A stretch of DNA of 62,884 bases, taken from a virus. Its lineage: Duplodnaviria; Caudoviricetes. Numbering within the stretch: position 1 is the first letter of the stretch; every line of letters begins with the position of its first letter. The stretch covers positions 1-62,884 of IMG/VR virus record IMGVR_UViG_3300017989_000120; one strand, written 5' to 3'. Of this stretch, positions 47,933-56,420 are shown in pieces. The translations under genes were made by a program, and so were the position numbers. The notes below the pieces were generated by a model. The model did not search any database. It had not been told where the DNA came from and saw nothing but the letters and a program-made list of their open reading frames with translations.

Positions 47933-49054
47933 TTGGATAAGCCCTATGATTATATTATTGTTGGTTCTGGTCTTTTCGGAAGTGTCTTTGCACAACAACT
48001 TACCGAAGCTGGAAAGAGGTGTCTTATTTTAGAGAGAAGGAATCACAACGGTGGAAACTGTTATACTGAAAATGTTGAGGGGATAGAGGTTCATAAATAC
48101 GGTCCACATATTTTCCACACCTCAGATAAGGGGATATGGAATTACGTAAACAGATTTGCAGAATTTAACAATTTCGTGAACAGACCAAAGGTCATGTATG
48201 GTGACAAGCTCTATTCTTTCCCCATTAACTTGATGACCCTTCATCAGTTGTTTGGTGTTAAAACACCAGAGGAGGCTAAAGCAAAACTCGATGAGGTAAG
48301 GATTAAGATCAATAAGCCTTCTAATCTTGAGGAATGGGTCCTGAACGAGGTGGGTGAGGAGATTTATGAAACCTTTGTAAAGGGATATACAACAAAGCAA
48401 TGGGGAAGAGATCCTAAGGAACTTCCCTCTTTTATAATTCGTAGACTTCCAATACGTTTGACATACGACGATAATTATTTCTTTGACCGGTATCAGGGAA
48501 TTCCTGTTGGAGGATACACAAAGATGATTGAAAATATCCAGGGTGATGTAGAGGTAAGGTTTGGTGTTGATTTCCTCCAGGAAAGGGAATACTGGGAATC
48601 ACAGGCACATAAGATAGTTTTTACTGGTCCTATAGACGAATTCTTTGAATTTTCTGAGGGAGTACTAGAATATAGAAGTCTAGACTTTGAAACCTCAGTG
48701 TTGGATATGGAAGATTATCAGGGCAACGCAATTGTAAATTACACGGAGGCTGAAGTACCCTGGACAAGAATATGTGAGCACAAGCACTTTGATCTGCATA
48801 AAACAGATAAAACAGTTATCACCAAGGAATATCCCGCAGAGTGGAAGGTTGGTAAGGAGAGGTTTTATCCAGTTTCTGATGAAAAGAATAAGGAGCTGTA
48901 TGGAAAGTATAAAAAACTTGCCGATCAAATTGCAGACAAATACATATTTGGTGGACGGTTAGCCGAATATAAATACTACGATATGCACCACGTTGTTGGT
49001 AGTGCATTGGCAAGATCTAAAAGGGAAATAAGAAACATCTCTGAGGATATATAG
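47933..49054 (+). CDS. glf: UDP-galactopyranose mutase
   Basis: IVGSGLFG, GGNCY, HKYGPHIFHT, YTTKQWG, YQGIP..GYT, EYRSL, TRICEHKHF, GRLAEYKYYDM. Confidence 0.95.
   Translation: MDKPYDYIIVGSGLFGSVFAQQLTEAGKRCLILERRNHNGGNCYTENVEGIEVHKYGPHIFHTSDKGIWNYVNRFAEFNNFVNRPKVMYGDKLYSFPINLMTLHQLFGVKTPEEAKAKLDEVRIKINKPSNLEEWVLNEVGEEIYETFVKGYTTKQWGRDPKELPSFIIRRLPIRLTYDDNYFFDRYQGIPVGGYTKMIENIQGDVEVRFGVDFLQEREYWESQAHKIVFTGPIDEFFEFSEGVLEYRSLDFETSVLDMEDYQGNAIVNYTEAEVPWTRICEHKHFDLHKTDKTVITKEYPAEWKVGKERFYPVSDEKNKELYGKYKKLADQIADKYIFGGRLAEYKYYDMHHVVGSALARSKREIRNISEDI
49046..49053 (+). promoter_or_regulatory. GATATATA putative late promoter
   Basis: Upstream of the RimK-like gene. Confidence 0.6.
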
Positions 49055-49069
49055 GATAAATTATTTCTC

Positions 49070-50563
49070 TTGATGAAGAAGGTAACCCCTGCTCTTAATT
49101 TTGAATCTTTTCTGAACGAAGCCAAGGATAATGGGATGGTAGACATCCTTATTTTAAGCGGGGAGTCCAAGCCCAGCAAAACTGCAAAGTCTTTCCTTGA
49201 AGAATGTAGTAAAAGAGATATTCCCTGTAATGTAGTAAATGTCAACAATGTGGTCCTGGAAAAAATATACAACGGACACATTGTTAAATTTTCTGAGGGT
49301 GAAGAAACCAAGGAGATTTTAATTAAGCCTGAGACTACTGCTATAATTCCAAGAAGGGGCGTAATTACAAATTCTTATACTAAGCAGATAATGAGAGACC
49401 TGGAAGCTTCTAGGTACTTTTGTGTCAACACTCTAGAATCTATTGAAATCTGTGAAAGCAAATACCTCACCTCGAAAGTTCTTGAGGAAGAGGGACTACC
49501 AATACCGAGATATTCGCTAGTTAATGGAATAGAGGGACTTGATAGATCTTTGGAAGAAGTTGGTGGTGAATTTCCTGTTGTTATGAAGCTTCTTTCGGGT
49601 GCACAAGGAATCGGGGTTTCTATTGTTGATTCATACGCTTCACTAAAATCGGTTTACCAAACTATTGAAAAGCTTGATCCAGAAGGAGAAATCCTTTTAC
49701 AGGAAAAGATAGATTCAAACTTCGATGTTAGAGTGCAAGTAATTATAAAGAAGTTCGATCCGCTAAATCCTGGAGTTGAGAATTGTGAGATCCTTGGAGC
49801 CATGAAAAGGGAAGCGGTTGAGAAAGACTTTAGAACTAATTACACATTAGGTGGTGAAGTGTCAGCTTATGAAATAACAGAAGAGATTGAAAAGATAGCA
49901 TGTGAAGCTGCAAATGCTGTTGCTTGTCATTGGTGTGGTGTTGATATAATGATAGATTCTAAAACCAACAGGCCATACATCTTGGAGGTAAACTCATCTC
50001 CTGGAACAGATGGAATCTCACAAGCAATAGGAAAACCTATTGTGGACGATGTGATTAACTATGTTGTTAAAAAAGACAATTGGTCTCAAGCTAAGCTTGA
50101 AGTTGGGTATTTAGAAACCATTGAGATTCCCCAAGTTGGTAAGATGGTAGCTAAATTTGATACCGGAAATGGATCTACTGCTTCCTCTATACATGCAGAT
50201 GAAATATCTGAAGATGGCGATACACTTACCTGGAAGATAGGTGACAGCGAAATGAGCGGTAAAATCATTGGTCGTACAAAAACCGAGATTGGCAGGGATA
50301 CGGAGGAAAGACCTATAGTAAAAATGGATATTCTATTTAATGGAGTTAAGATCCCGGGGGTTAAAGTTGCACCGACAGATAGGATTTCAAAAAGTACTCC
50401 ATTCTTAGCAAACAGGCCGCTTATGAAAAAGCTTGGTGTAATGGTTAACCCTCACAAAGCATTTGTAGTGTCGGACCGTGTTAATGATTATTCACCAATG
50501 CAAGCTAAAGGAGATCCTTATGGGGGAATAGAATTTATTGAAATTTCTGACCGGGAGGATTAA
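49070..50563 (+). CDS. RimK-family ATP-grasp ligase fused to a retropepsin-like (RimK-associated) protease, CTS-like N-terminus
   Basis: FPVVMKLLSGAQGIGV, DVRV, DFRTNYTLGG, GVDI, LEVNSSPG; C-domain AKFDTGNG..SIHA, EERPIV, LANR; LNFESFLNEAK. Confidence 0.85.
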   Translation: MMKKVTPALNFESFLNEAKDNGMVDILILSGESKPSKTAKSFLEECSKRDIPCNVVNVNNVVLEKIYNGHIVKFSEGEETKEILIKPETTAIIPRRGVITNSYTKQIMRDLEASRYFCVNTLESIEICESKYLTSKVLEEEGLPIPRYSLVNGIEGLDRSLEEVGGEFPVVMKLLSGAQGIGVSIVDSYASLKSVYQTIEKLDPEGEILLQEKIDSNFDVRVQVIIKKFDPLNPGVENCEILGAMKREAVEKDFRTNYTLGGEVSAYEITEEIEKIACEAANAVACHWCGVDIMIDSKTNRPYILEVNSSPGTDGISQAIGKPIVDDVINYVVKKDNWSQAKLEVGYLETIEIPQVGKMVAKFDTGNGSTASSIHADEISEDGDTLTWKIGDSEMSGKIIGRTKTEIGRDTEERPIVKMDILFNGVKIPGVKVAPTDRISKSTPFLANRPLMKKLGVMVNPHKAFVVSDRVNDYSPMQAKGDPYGGIEFIEISDRED

Positions 50564-50591
50564 ATATATAAAGTAGAAATAAATTCCAATT

Positions 50592-50771
50592 ATGGCAAAA
50601 GGAGAAGATAAAACAGAAAAAATCCAGGTCCTGTTATCAACAGAAGACCTGGAAGAACTAAGTAAAAAGATTTCTAAGAAAGCTTTGACTTCTGGAGAAC
50701 CCCCAGTTTCAATCTCTCATTATGTGAGAGGCCTAATCCGGAGGGATCTTGGAAGATCCGAGAAGGATTAA
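50592..50771 (+). CDS. Ribbon-helix-helix DNA-binding protein (not in the ORF track)
   Basis: Manual translation MAKGEDKTEKIQVLLSTEDLEELSKKISKKALTSGEPPVSISHYVRGLIRRDLGRSEKD: beta strand KIQVLL, helix, S.S.YVR.LI helix. Confidence 0.65.
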   Translation: MAKGEDKTEKIQVLLSTEDLEELSKKISKKALTSGEPPVSISHYVRGLIRRDLGRSEKD

Positions 50772-51115
50772 TCTCTATTGTTAAGAAAATCCTCAAACCT
50801 CATTACTCTTCCGGGTGATGAGGTTTCTTGTGATTGTTGAACTGGTTGCTCTGGAGCCATTTCTCCTGTGGTCTCTGGAACATTAGGTTCTAAAGGTTCT
50901 TGCGGAGTTTCAGTTTGTTCCGCAGTATCTGCTTGATCCATTTGTTGTGGCTCTGGTGTTTCAGCAGAATCCGCAGGAATCTCAGATGCTACCTCTTCTC
51001 CGTCAGTTTGTTCAAAATCATTTACCTCTGGTGTAAGTTCTTGTTGTTCTGGGGATTGTTCTTGTGTAAAATCAACCTGATCTTCAATTTGTGTATCTCT
51101 TTCTTCTGTAGACAT
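50768..51115 (-). CDS. Acidic disordered protein with C-terminal CTS-like motif
   Basis: E/Q/P/T-rich, ends RVMRFEDFLNNRD. Confidence 0.65.
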   Translation of the reverse strand: MSTEERDTQIEDQVDFTQEQSPEQQELTPEVNDFEQTDGEEVASEIPADSAETPEPQQMDQADTAEQTETPQEPLEPNVPETTGEMAPEQPVQQSQETSSPGRVMRFEDFLNNRD

Positions 51116-51141
51116 GCTAATTATAAATTAGAGTTATTGAA

Positions 51142-51149
51142 TATATATC
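51142..51149 (-). promoter_or_regulatory. GATATATA putative late promoter (minus strand, possibly bidirectional)
   Basis: GAATATATATC between divergent genes 51115(-) and 51175(+). Confidence 0.55.
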
Positions 51150-51174
51150 AAGTAAAAGAATAAGTGTTTCGGCT

Positions 51175-51495
51175 ATGAGATTGATTAGAGAATTTGATGA
51201 CTTTATGTCCAATTTATCCTTAACCCAGCCAGAGCAAGCTATGATTAGGGATTTTGTAAAGAAATATGAGAAGTATTTCAAATTCCACGACCCGGCAGAG
51301 TTTGAGAATTCGCTAGACAAAATAGTTGATGATGTGATGTCCACTTATAGTTTTCCACCGGAAAAGAAGGAGGATGTTAAAAATTACATCTCTAGCCTTC
51401 ATGATCTTTCCGATGGAATCTCTGTTGTTATGTCTCCAAACCCACAGATCATATATAGAACCCAACCCGACATGGTTCAAACCATACTTATCTAA
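51175..51495 (+). CDS. Hypothetical protein with CTS-like N-terminus
   Basis: MRLIREFDDFMSN. Confidence 0.6.
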   Translation: MRLIREFDDFMSNLSLTQPEQAMIRDFVKKYEKYFKFHDPAEFENSLDKIVDDVMSTYSFPPEKKEDVKNYISSLHDLSDGISVVMSPNPQIIYRTQPDMVQTILI

Positions 51496-51541
51496 TGGAA
51501 TAATCGTTCTGGTTGAAGCTATAACTAATAAATAACAAACT

Positions 51542-51844
51542 ATGACAGTAGAAGAATTTAAGCAGGAACTTTCAGAAAACGAAAACGCATTGGTCGATTT
51601 TTGGGCACCTTGGTGCGGCCCTTGTAAAATGATGGGACCTGTTTTGGAAAAGATTGACAGTGAAAACCCAAATCTAAAGGTTATCAAAGTAAATGTTGAT
51701 GAATCTGGAGAATTGGCGGGCATGTTTGGAATAAGGAGTATTCCAACCCTTACCATGTTTAAGGGGGGTCAGCCTACATCCACTAAAACTGGTGCTTTAC
51801 CTCAAGCTAAGGTTCAAGAGTGGATCAATGAACACATTGTTTAA
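51542..51844 (+). CDS. trxA: Thioredoxin
   Basis: VDFWAPWCGPCK, IRSIPT. Confidence 0.95.
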   Translation: MTVEEFKQELSENENALVDFWAPWCGPCKMMGPVLEKIDSENPNLKVIKVNVDESGELAGMFGIRSIPTLTMFKGGQPTSTKTGALPQAKVQEWINEHIV

Positions 51845-51849
51845 CCAAT

Positions 51850-52173
51850 ATGAACTTCCTAAAAGAATTAGAATCGTATTTAAAGGAGAAGGAGGGTTTT
51901 GATACCCACTTCTCCGATTTTTTCCAAAAACCATCTGGTGATGGTGTTCTTTACATTCAATGCATTTGTCCTGTTCATGGTAAATGTACTTTGAGGTGTA
52001 AATTTTCAAAAATGATGGGCGACAATAAACTTGTTTCGGTAAAGCCCATGGTAAGACTTTCAGAATCCCAATTTCCTTGGGATAGCACAATAAAGAACGT
52101 ATATTCTTTGTATAGCGGAATTGCTGGTGTGGGTGGAGTAGCTCACAGATCTGTTAATAATTCCCTCATTTAA
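51850..52173 (+). CDS. Hypothetical protein
   Basis: 107 aa, CPVHG motif. Confidence 0.5.
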   Translation: MNFLKELESYLKEKEGFDTHFSDFFQKPSGDGVLYIQCICPVHGKCTLRCKFSKMMGDNKLVSVKPMVRLSESQFPWDSTIKNVYSLYSGIAGVGGVAHRSVNNSLI

Positions 52174-52230
52174 ATTTTTTTTCTTCGTTTCTTCCTGATA
52201 GTTTTGTAGTATAATCCAAAACTGTATAAA

Positions 52231-52470
52231 ATGGAAAACGTAAAATATATGCTCCAAGAAGCAGGTGCAAAAGTAAATTCAGCTATTTGTGATATTGAGG
52301 ATTTAACGATATCTAAAAACCATAAGGTCAACATCCTTGACGTCTTGGAAGAATTAAAGAAAGCGAGGGAAATAATCTATCACTTGCAGGGTAATATTGA
52401 TACCGATGTGGATCGCTATTTTATCAATCGAGAAACCGGGATAAGGGAGCCATTCAAACTAGATTATTGA
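52231..52470 (+). CDS. Hypothetical protein
   Basis: 79 aa. Confidence 0.5.
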   Translation: MENVKYMLQEAGAKVNSAICDIEDLTISKNHKVNILDVLEELKKAREIIYHLQGNIDTDVDRYFINRETGIREPFKLDY

Positions 52471-53049
52471 GTGATAGTAGTTATTGACGACTTTATTAAG
52501 GACGAAGAGCTGTTAGCAGAAATTGCAGCTGATAAAGATTTCTTCAAGTATGCGGGAGCTAATTATTTTTTCTGGGAGGGATGGTGGAGTACATCACCGG
52601 ACACCCTCAAGAAAAGACTCATCAAACACATCTGGGGTGATAACTGCCCGATTAATAAAGTATTCAATGTAGCTGGTTTTGAGTACTGGACGGGCATACT
52701 TTCAGCGGACCCAGGGAATCATTACCAAGACACCCTAGGTGTTCATTTTGATAAAGACGAGGAATTGTTCTCCGAAACTGGGGAAATACAATCCTCTCAA
52801 ATTGGAACGGTATATTACCCACCACAGGAAGAATTTGATGGCGGAATGTTGGAAATCTTTTCAGAGGGTCTTGATAAAGAACCAGAAAGGATTTATGCGA
52901 AGTCAAATAGACTTGTAATATTTGATGCTGGAACGGTTCCACATGGGGTTTCTACAGTAACAAGCGGAACAAGAAAAGCAATAGCAATAAACCTTTGGGA
53001 GTTTATCCCGCACAGCCAAACTTTAGGAAAGCTTAAAAAAGAAACATGA
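52471..53049 (+). CDS. 2OG-Fe(II) oxygenase
   Basis: VIDDF, GFEYW, HFDKDE, GGMLEI, NRLVIFD, PHGV, RKAIAINLW. Confidence 0.8.
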   Translation: MIVVIDDFIKDEELLAEIAADKDFFKYAGANYFFWEGWWSTSPDTLKKRLIKHIWGDNCPINKVFNVAGFEYWTGILSADPGNHYQDTLGVHFDKDEELFSETGEIQSSQIGTVYYPPQEEFDGGMLEIFSEGLDKEPERIYAKSNRLVIFDAGTVPHGVSTVTSGTRKAIAINLWEFIPHSQTLGKLKKET

Positions 53050-53711
53050 GAAAAGACTTTGAAAAATACGCAATGAGTGAACATCGAATCGGTTCCCTCG
53101 ACGTGCACAACTATTCTAAATTTATCGAGGGTTCTCTAACCCCCTATATTTTGGAGGAGCGAGAATTGAGAGCCACCCAAATGGACATCTTCTCGAGGTT
53201 GATGATGGATAGGGTTCTTTGGGTTGCTGGACCTGTTAACGACAAGATGTCAACAATAGTTCAAGCACAGTTAATGTTTTTGGATTCTGTGGATAGCAAA
53301 GATATTACTATGCATATCGATTCACCAGGTGGGTCCGTTAAATCTGGGCTTTCTATGGTGGATGTTATGGATTACATCAAATCTGATATAGTTACGGTAA
53401 ATACCGGTATGGCTGCTTCGATGGGTTCTATACTACTGGGGGCAGGAACAAAAGGCAAAAGATATTCTCTGAGATTCTCTAAAGTAATGCTTCACCAATC
53501 ATCTGGAGGATTTAGCGGTAACATCCAAGATGCTAAGATTGATTTTGAAGAATGGGAAAAATACAACAAAATTCTTTTTGAATTGTTGGGTGAGTACTGT
53601 GATAAAGACCCAAAACAAGTTGCTGAAGATGCAAGCAGAGATTTTTGGATGGATGCTAAAGAAGCTGTTAAATATGGCATCATAGATGATGTGATCAAAA
53701 ACAAAAAATAG
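53046..53711 (+). CDS. clpP: ATP-dependent Clp protease proteolytic subunit
   Basis: DIFSRLMMDR, IDSPGGSV, GMAASMGS, MLHQ, RDFWM..EAV.YGIID. Confidence 0.95.
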   Translation: MRKDFEKYAMSEHRIGSLDVHNYSKFIEGSLTPYILEERELRATQMDIFSRLMMDRVLWVAGPVNDKMSTIVQAQLMFLDSVDSKDITMHIDSPGGSVKSGLSMVDVMDYIKSDIVTVNTGMAASMGSILLGAGTKGKRYSLRFSKVMLHQSSGGFSGNIQDAKIDFEEWEKYNKILFELLGEYCDKDPKQVAEDASRDFWMDAKEAVKYGIIDDVIKNKK

Positions 53712-54473
53712 ATGATAGATTCCCAATTAACCCAAAAGATTAGATTTGGGTATTCAATAGCTTATCCTTTTCCCCACACAGTCATTGATAATTTTATTGT
53801 TGATGAGAGTAAATTGAGACAATCCGCTTCAGAAATGGAAAGATATGAATATTGGGGATGCGATGCATCTAACTATTCTGGGGAAAACCAGGTTAATAAG
53901 TTCTTTACCCCTTGGTGTGAGGATAACATCCAGGATATAAAATTACATTCCCCGTCAACCTTTGAAATCCTAAATTTTCTTAATTCAGATACAGCTTTGA
54001 GGTTTTTAGAGGATCTAACTGGAATAGATGGATTAATAGCAGATCCTACTTTTGTTGGTGGTGGGGCTCATAAAATAATGCGAGATGGAAAGCTTTCTGT
54101 TCATGCAGATTATAATATCCACCCTCATACTGGATTACACAGGAGGATAAATTTACTCCTCTATCTAAATGAAAATTGGGATAAATCTTGGGGCGGCAAC
54201 CTCGAGCTTTGGGATAAGGACTTGAAAAATTGTGTAAAATCAATTCCTCCAGTTTTTAACAGGGCTGTTATTTTCAACATAACAGATGACGCTTTCCATG
54301 GACACCCAGAGCCATTAGCTTGTCCATCGGAGGAATCAAGAATTTCTCTTGCTCTTTATTATTTTACTAAAGACAGACCGGATGATGAAAAGAGTAGCCA
54401 ACACGCTGCTATTTGGAAACACCCAGAGGATAAAGGAACTAAAAACCCTGACAAAAAGTTATTTGAGGTTTAA
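53712..54473 (+). CDS. 2OG-Fe(II) oxygenase (prolyl/Asp hydroxylase-like)
   Basis: PFPHTVIDNF, GGGAH, LSVHADYN, RRINLLLYLN, GGNLELW, FHGHP, RISLALYY. Confidence 0.85.
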   Translation: MIDSQLTQKIRFGYSIAYPFPHTVIDNFIVDESKLRQSASEMERYEYWGCDASNYSGENQVNKFFTPWCEDNIQDIKLHSPSTFEILNFLNSDTALRFLEDLTGIDGLIADPTFVGGGAHKIMRDGKLSVHADYNIHPHTGLHRRINLLLYLNENWDKSWGGNLELWDKDLKNCVKSIPPVFNRAVIFNITDDAFHGHPEPLACPSEESRISLALYYFTKDRPDDEKSSQHAAIWKHPEDKGTKNPDKKLFEV

Positions 54474-55594
54474 TGAGTGGAACATTAGAAAAAATAGCTT
54501 GGCTTGCCTCTTGGCCGGATTCCCAAGAAAAGGTGGATCAAATTAATACTAATGCTACCCTTCTAAGAGAGAATGGGTGGGAGGTTGGTTTGGTTACCCA
54601 ATACCCAAAATTGGATGCTATTGATTTTTCTGGGTTAGACCATGTTGTTTTTGACAATACCAACGAGATGTATTTCTCAGAAACTAAATCCTTTAGATTT
54701 GGTTTTGATAGAATAATCCCATCCTGCTCAGAGATGAAACAAGATTGCGGAGATTGGGTTTTTGTAGATACCAAGACAAGGGCACCTCACGTTTATTCCG
54801 TTTATCGTCTTTACTCCATTTCTATGCATCTAAGCTCCGGGTATGGTTATAAGGTTTATGCGTATTTCGAAGCAGATTTTAATGGAACACAAAAGCTGTG
54901 CGACGGGATAAATGAGCTTGCAAATGATATAATTCGGCACGAATTAAATTTTGTGGGGTTTGATTCATCAAACCAAAAAGGTGGGATGAATGCTTGTTTG
55001 TTTCTAGGGTCTCCCAAAAAACTGTCTTCATATTTTCCTATGTATGCCATCAAAAGTGAGGATGATTTTTTTAGACACTACCAGAATGAAAGTGTTGAAG
55101 ATTCGCTTGTAAGATTTTTTAAAGGTGATCCAAATTCAAAAATTTATCCAAAAGAAGACGTGGTTAATTTCTTGGGTGAATATGGGAAAGACTGGGATAC
55201 CTCACACGCTGGTCTAAATTGGGTAGAAGAAGTAAGTGCAAGGGCCTTATCAGCCTTTACTACAAATGCTCCGTTCTTGAAACCCATCGAAAATGGATTT
55301 TCCTTGTTTTATCTTTTTAAGCAAGAGTTGATACTCAAGGAAGTTAAATTTAAAGCAAAACTTACGTTATCCAACAAATCCGGGGATACAGTCATATTTG
55401 ATGAAACCACATCTCTCTCATTTAACCACTACAGGTTTTTTGTTGATCTATCCGAGATTCTCTTTGACGGAAACGGGAGTATAAGGGTTGAGACTGAAAC
55501 CTCATGTGAGGATTCTATCTTGCGGGAGGATTATTTGATCCCTTTGAGCTTTAAAGAATTAACTGGTTACTATAGGATTAGACACATAGAATAA
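54473..55594 (+). CDS. Hypothetical protein, possibly glycosyltransferase-like
   Basis: 373 aa; YFEAD DxD-like motif; context of modification genes. Confidence 0.4.
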   Translation: MSGTLEKIAWLASWPDSQEKVDQINTNATLLRENGWEVGLVTQYPKLDAIDFSGLDHVVFDNTNEMYFSETKSFRFGFDRIIPSCSEMKQDCGDWVFVDTKTRAPHVYSVYRLYSISMHLSSGYGYKVYAYFEADFNGTQKLCDGINELANDIIRHELNFVGFDSSNQKGGMNACLFLGSPKKLSSYFPMYAIKSEDDFFRHYQNESVEDSLVRFFKGDPNSKIYPKEDVVNFLGEYGKDWDTSHAGLNWVEEVSARALSAFTTNAPFLKPIENGFSLFYLFKQELILKEVKFKAKLTLSNKSGDTVIFDETTSLSFNHYRFFVDLSEILFDGNGSIRVETETSCEDSILREDYLIPLSFKELTGYYRIRHIE

Positions 55595-56088
55595 TGGGAA
55601 CAAACTATTATAGAATTCCGACAGAATTAGAAATGGAGGAGCGTAGGGACAGACTTAGGGTAAGACTTATTGGTCTCAAGATGACACCGGATCTTATCGC
55701 TGATGGATTCAGGTACATTGAAACCCCCGATGACGAATGGATCCACCTTGATCCTTGGGACGAATTTATCGAGGGAACAAGCATTCACCTGGGAAAAAGA
55801 AGTATGGGGTGGAAATTCTGCTGGAACTTCCACGACAATAAGTACTATTCTAATAAGCAACAATTAATCGATTTTGTCAAGAATGGTCGAGTAGTTGATG
55901 AGTATGGTGCAGAGGAAGATCCTCAAGCATTCTTAGATATGGCATTTGAGTGGGGTGGACCTGATGGTTTGACTGTTGATGCTGAATATTACAAAAACAA
56001 CGAAAGGAGTTCCCTGTTTAACGATCCTAAATATTATGATCGTGAGATCGACGGTTTAAGAGTATGTAGTTCAACTGAATTTAGTTAA
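55594..56088 (+). CDS. Hypothetical phage protein
   Basis: MGTNYY...IHLGKRSMGWKF...VDEYG...EFS. Confidence 0.6.
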   Translation: MGTNYYRIPTELEMEERRDRLRVRLIGLKMTPDLIADGFRYIETPDDEWIHLDPWDEFIEGTSIHLGKRSMGWKFCWNFHDNKYYSNKQQLIDFVKNGRVVDEYGAEEDPQAFLDMAFEWGGPDGLTVDAEYYKNNERSSLFNDPKYYDREIDGLRVCSSTEFS

Positions 56089-56090
56089 GG

Positions 56091-56393
56091 ATGAAATCAC
56101 AAGCCAATTTCTTAATCAAACATTACGAATACTTTGACGAGAAAGGTAATCTCTCCAATGAGTATTACTACATCCAAGAATGGAAAAAGTTCTTATGGTG
56201 GTCCTATTGGAAAGATATAAACCATGAGACTTGGGGATATGATGACTGTTATAAAGTGAGAACTACGTTTAAGACTCTTAAAGAGGCACAAGACTTTGTG
56301 AGAAATGTACTCTGTCCAGAAATACCAAGGGATAGTCGTAAAGAAACAGTAGTAGATGAAATGGTTTGTAAAAACGGAAAATCAAAATGGTAG
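56091..56393 (+). CDS. Hypothetical protein
   Basis: YYIQ..KFLWW, F.TLKEAQDF. Confidence 0.55.
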   Translation: MKSQANFLIKHYEYFDEKGNLSNEYYYIQEWKKFLWWSYWKDINHETWGYDDCYKVRTTFKTLKEAQDFVRNVLCPEIPRDSRKETVVDEMVCKNGKSKW

Positions 56394-56420
56394 GTGAGAA
56401 ATTCTGTAAGGTATTTTTAA

